This document shows positions 4,218-4,909 of a DNA stretch of 4,909 nucleotides, one piece after another (within the stretch, counting starts at the first letter, position 1; every line of letters starts with the position of its first letter). Location: the IMG/VR virus record IMGVR_UViG_2703718815_000009; one strand, 5' to 3'. A model generated the notes under the pieces. The model saw only the letters and a list, made by a program, of their open reading frames with translations, was not told where the DNA came from and did not search any database. A program made the translations under genes and the position numbers. The stretch is from a virus. Taxonomy: Duplodnaviria > Heunggongvirae > Uroviricota > Caudoviricetes.

Positions 4218-4909
4218 AACTGGCACCGAACTTAAAAAAACAGCCACACGACAAAATGACCGAAGTCATTATTTTTGCAGGTAGTGATGCCTGGGCGCAC
4301 GCGAAACAGTGGCAGGAACAGGACGGGCGACTTGCTGGCGACAACGTGCCACCTGTATGGCTTGGAGACAGCCAGCTTGACGAACTGGCAGACCTGAAAA
4401 TTATCGACGATGGTCGCTATTGTGTGCGTGTGTATAAAGCCGGGCACATCAGACCATCAAACATCAATGCCATCGGGCAAAAGCTGGCGGCGGCAGGTGT
4501 ACGGGATGCGAATTATTACCCCGAGGGAATGCACAGCCAGAAGCTGGAGAACTGGCACGACTACCTGCAACGGATCCGCGAACAGGCAGAGCGCGGGGAA
4601 ATTCTTACTGACGAGCAATACAGCCAGCGAAAAACCACGCTACCAATGAGCATTGGATCTGCAGGGTACGACACACAGCTTGATTATGTCGTTAAGGGCG
4701 TGATTCCGGCTAATTCATTGTGTAGCACATACGGCGCGAGCGGTTCCTATAAATCGTTCCTCGCGTGTTCCTGGGCGTGTCATGTTGCCACGGGTCGCCA
4801 CTGGGGAGGCCGCAGGGTGGCGCATGGTTCGGTGATGTATGTCGTCGGTGAAGGTGGCATTGGTGTCCCTCGTCGTATCAAAGCATGGGAAATCGTTAAT
4901 GATGAACGG
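4214..4909 (+). CDS. RepA-like replicative P-loop NTPase (AAA_25 / RecA-fold helicase family), 3' partial, runs off the window
   Basis: Open frame from ATG 4214 (AGGGG RBS upstream, coupled to the preceding stop) to the window end, 232 codons with no stop. Residues ~150-215, SLCSTYGASGSYKSFLACSWACHVATGRHWGGRRVAHGSVMYVVGEG, parallel the P-loop and following strand of RSF1010 RepA-type helicases (GGAGKSMLALQLAAQIAGG...GPVIYLPAED). The Walker-A-like motif GASGSYKS is deviant, with Tyr where the second Gly normally sits. The ~150-aa N-terminal region is unassigned. Confidence 0.75.
   Translation, partial: MKLAPNLKKQPHDKMTEVIIFAGSDAWAHAKQWQEQDGRLAGDNVPPVWLGDSQLDELADLKIIDDGRYCVRVYKAGHIRPSNINAIGQKLAAAGVRDANYYPEGMHSQKLENWHDYLQRIREQAERGEILTDEQYSQRKTTLPMSIGSAGYDTQLDYVVKGVIPANSLCSTYGASGSYKSFLACSWACHVATGRHWGGRRVAHGSVMYVVGEGGIGVPRRIKAWEIVNDER

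Larger units (their letters stand above)
1..4909 (+). mobile_element. Integrase-proximal end of a mobile island with a P4-type integrase (satellite/PICI-like or integrative element); boundaries not in window
   Basis: Gene order tyrosine integrase, AlpA-family regulator, divergent regulator, small-ORF operon, RepA-like replicative ATPase is the layout expected of integrase-bearing satellites and islands (established knowledge). No att site or flanking tRNA is visible, so the element itself is inferred. Confidence 0.6.

Noticed and set aside
4232-4649. ORFs 4232-4447 (-) and 4410-4649 (+)
   Set aside because: Both lie within the RepA-like ATPase gene, in antisense or alternate frames. The ATPase frame runs uninterrupted to the window end and carries the P-loop signature.
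1-4909. CRISPR array, tRNA/rRNA genes, transposase or IS ends, attachment-site direct repeats
   Set aside because: No regularly spaced repeat-spacer structure, no tRNA-like cloverleaf region, and no transposase-like ORF were seen. The att site of a P4-type integrase would normally lie upstream of int, outside this window.

Overview
This 4.9-kb window looks like the integrase-proximal end of a mobile island carrying a P4-type integrase (phage satellite/PICI-like or integrative element). I could not run any homology search, so product calls rest only on motifs readable in the translations. Gene order: int (1-1230, +); a 375-bp intergenic region with a 16-bp palindrome, 10-bp-phased A/C-rich direct repeats and an AT-rich hairpin; an AlpA-family regulator (1606-1794, +); a ~360-bp gap holding a minus-strand intrinsic terminator; a minus-strand cassette of a doubtful small arginine-rich ORF (2155-2328) and a well-supported ~101-aa putative DNA-binding regulator (2386-2691); a 187-bp divergent control region with a duplicated TGTGATT-N17-AATCACA operator-like repeat; five small, tightly coupled ORFs of unknown function (2879-4217); and the 5' part of a RepA-like (AAA_25) P-loop ATPase that runs off the window (4214-4909). 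No rRNA, tRNA, CRISPR array or transposase was seen. The most unusual item is a G10 homopolymer (3442-3451) at the overlap of two small ORFs, where one extra G would fuse them in frame. The five small ORFs and the minus-strand cassette are the best candidates for an uncharacterised function, but I cannot assign one from sequence alone.
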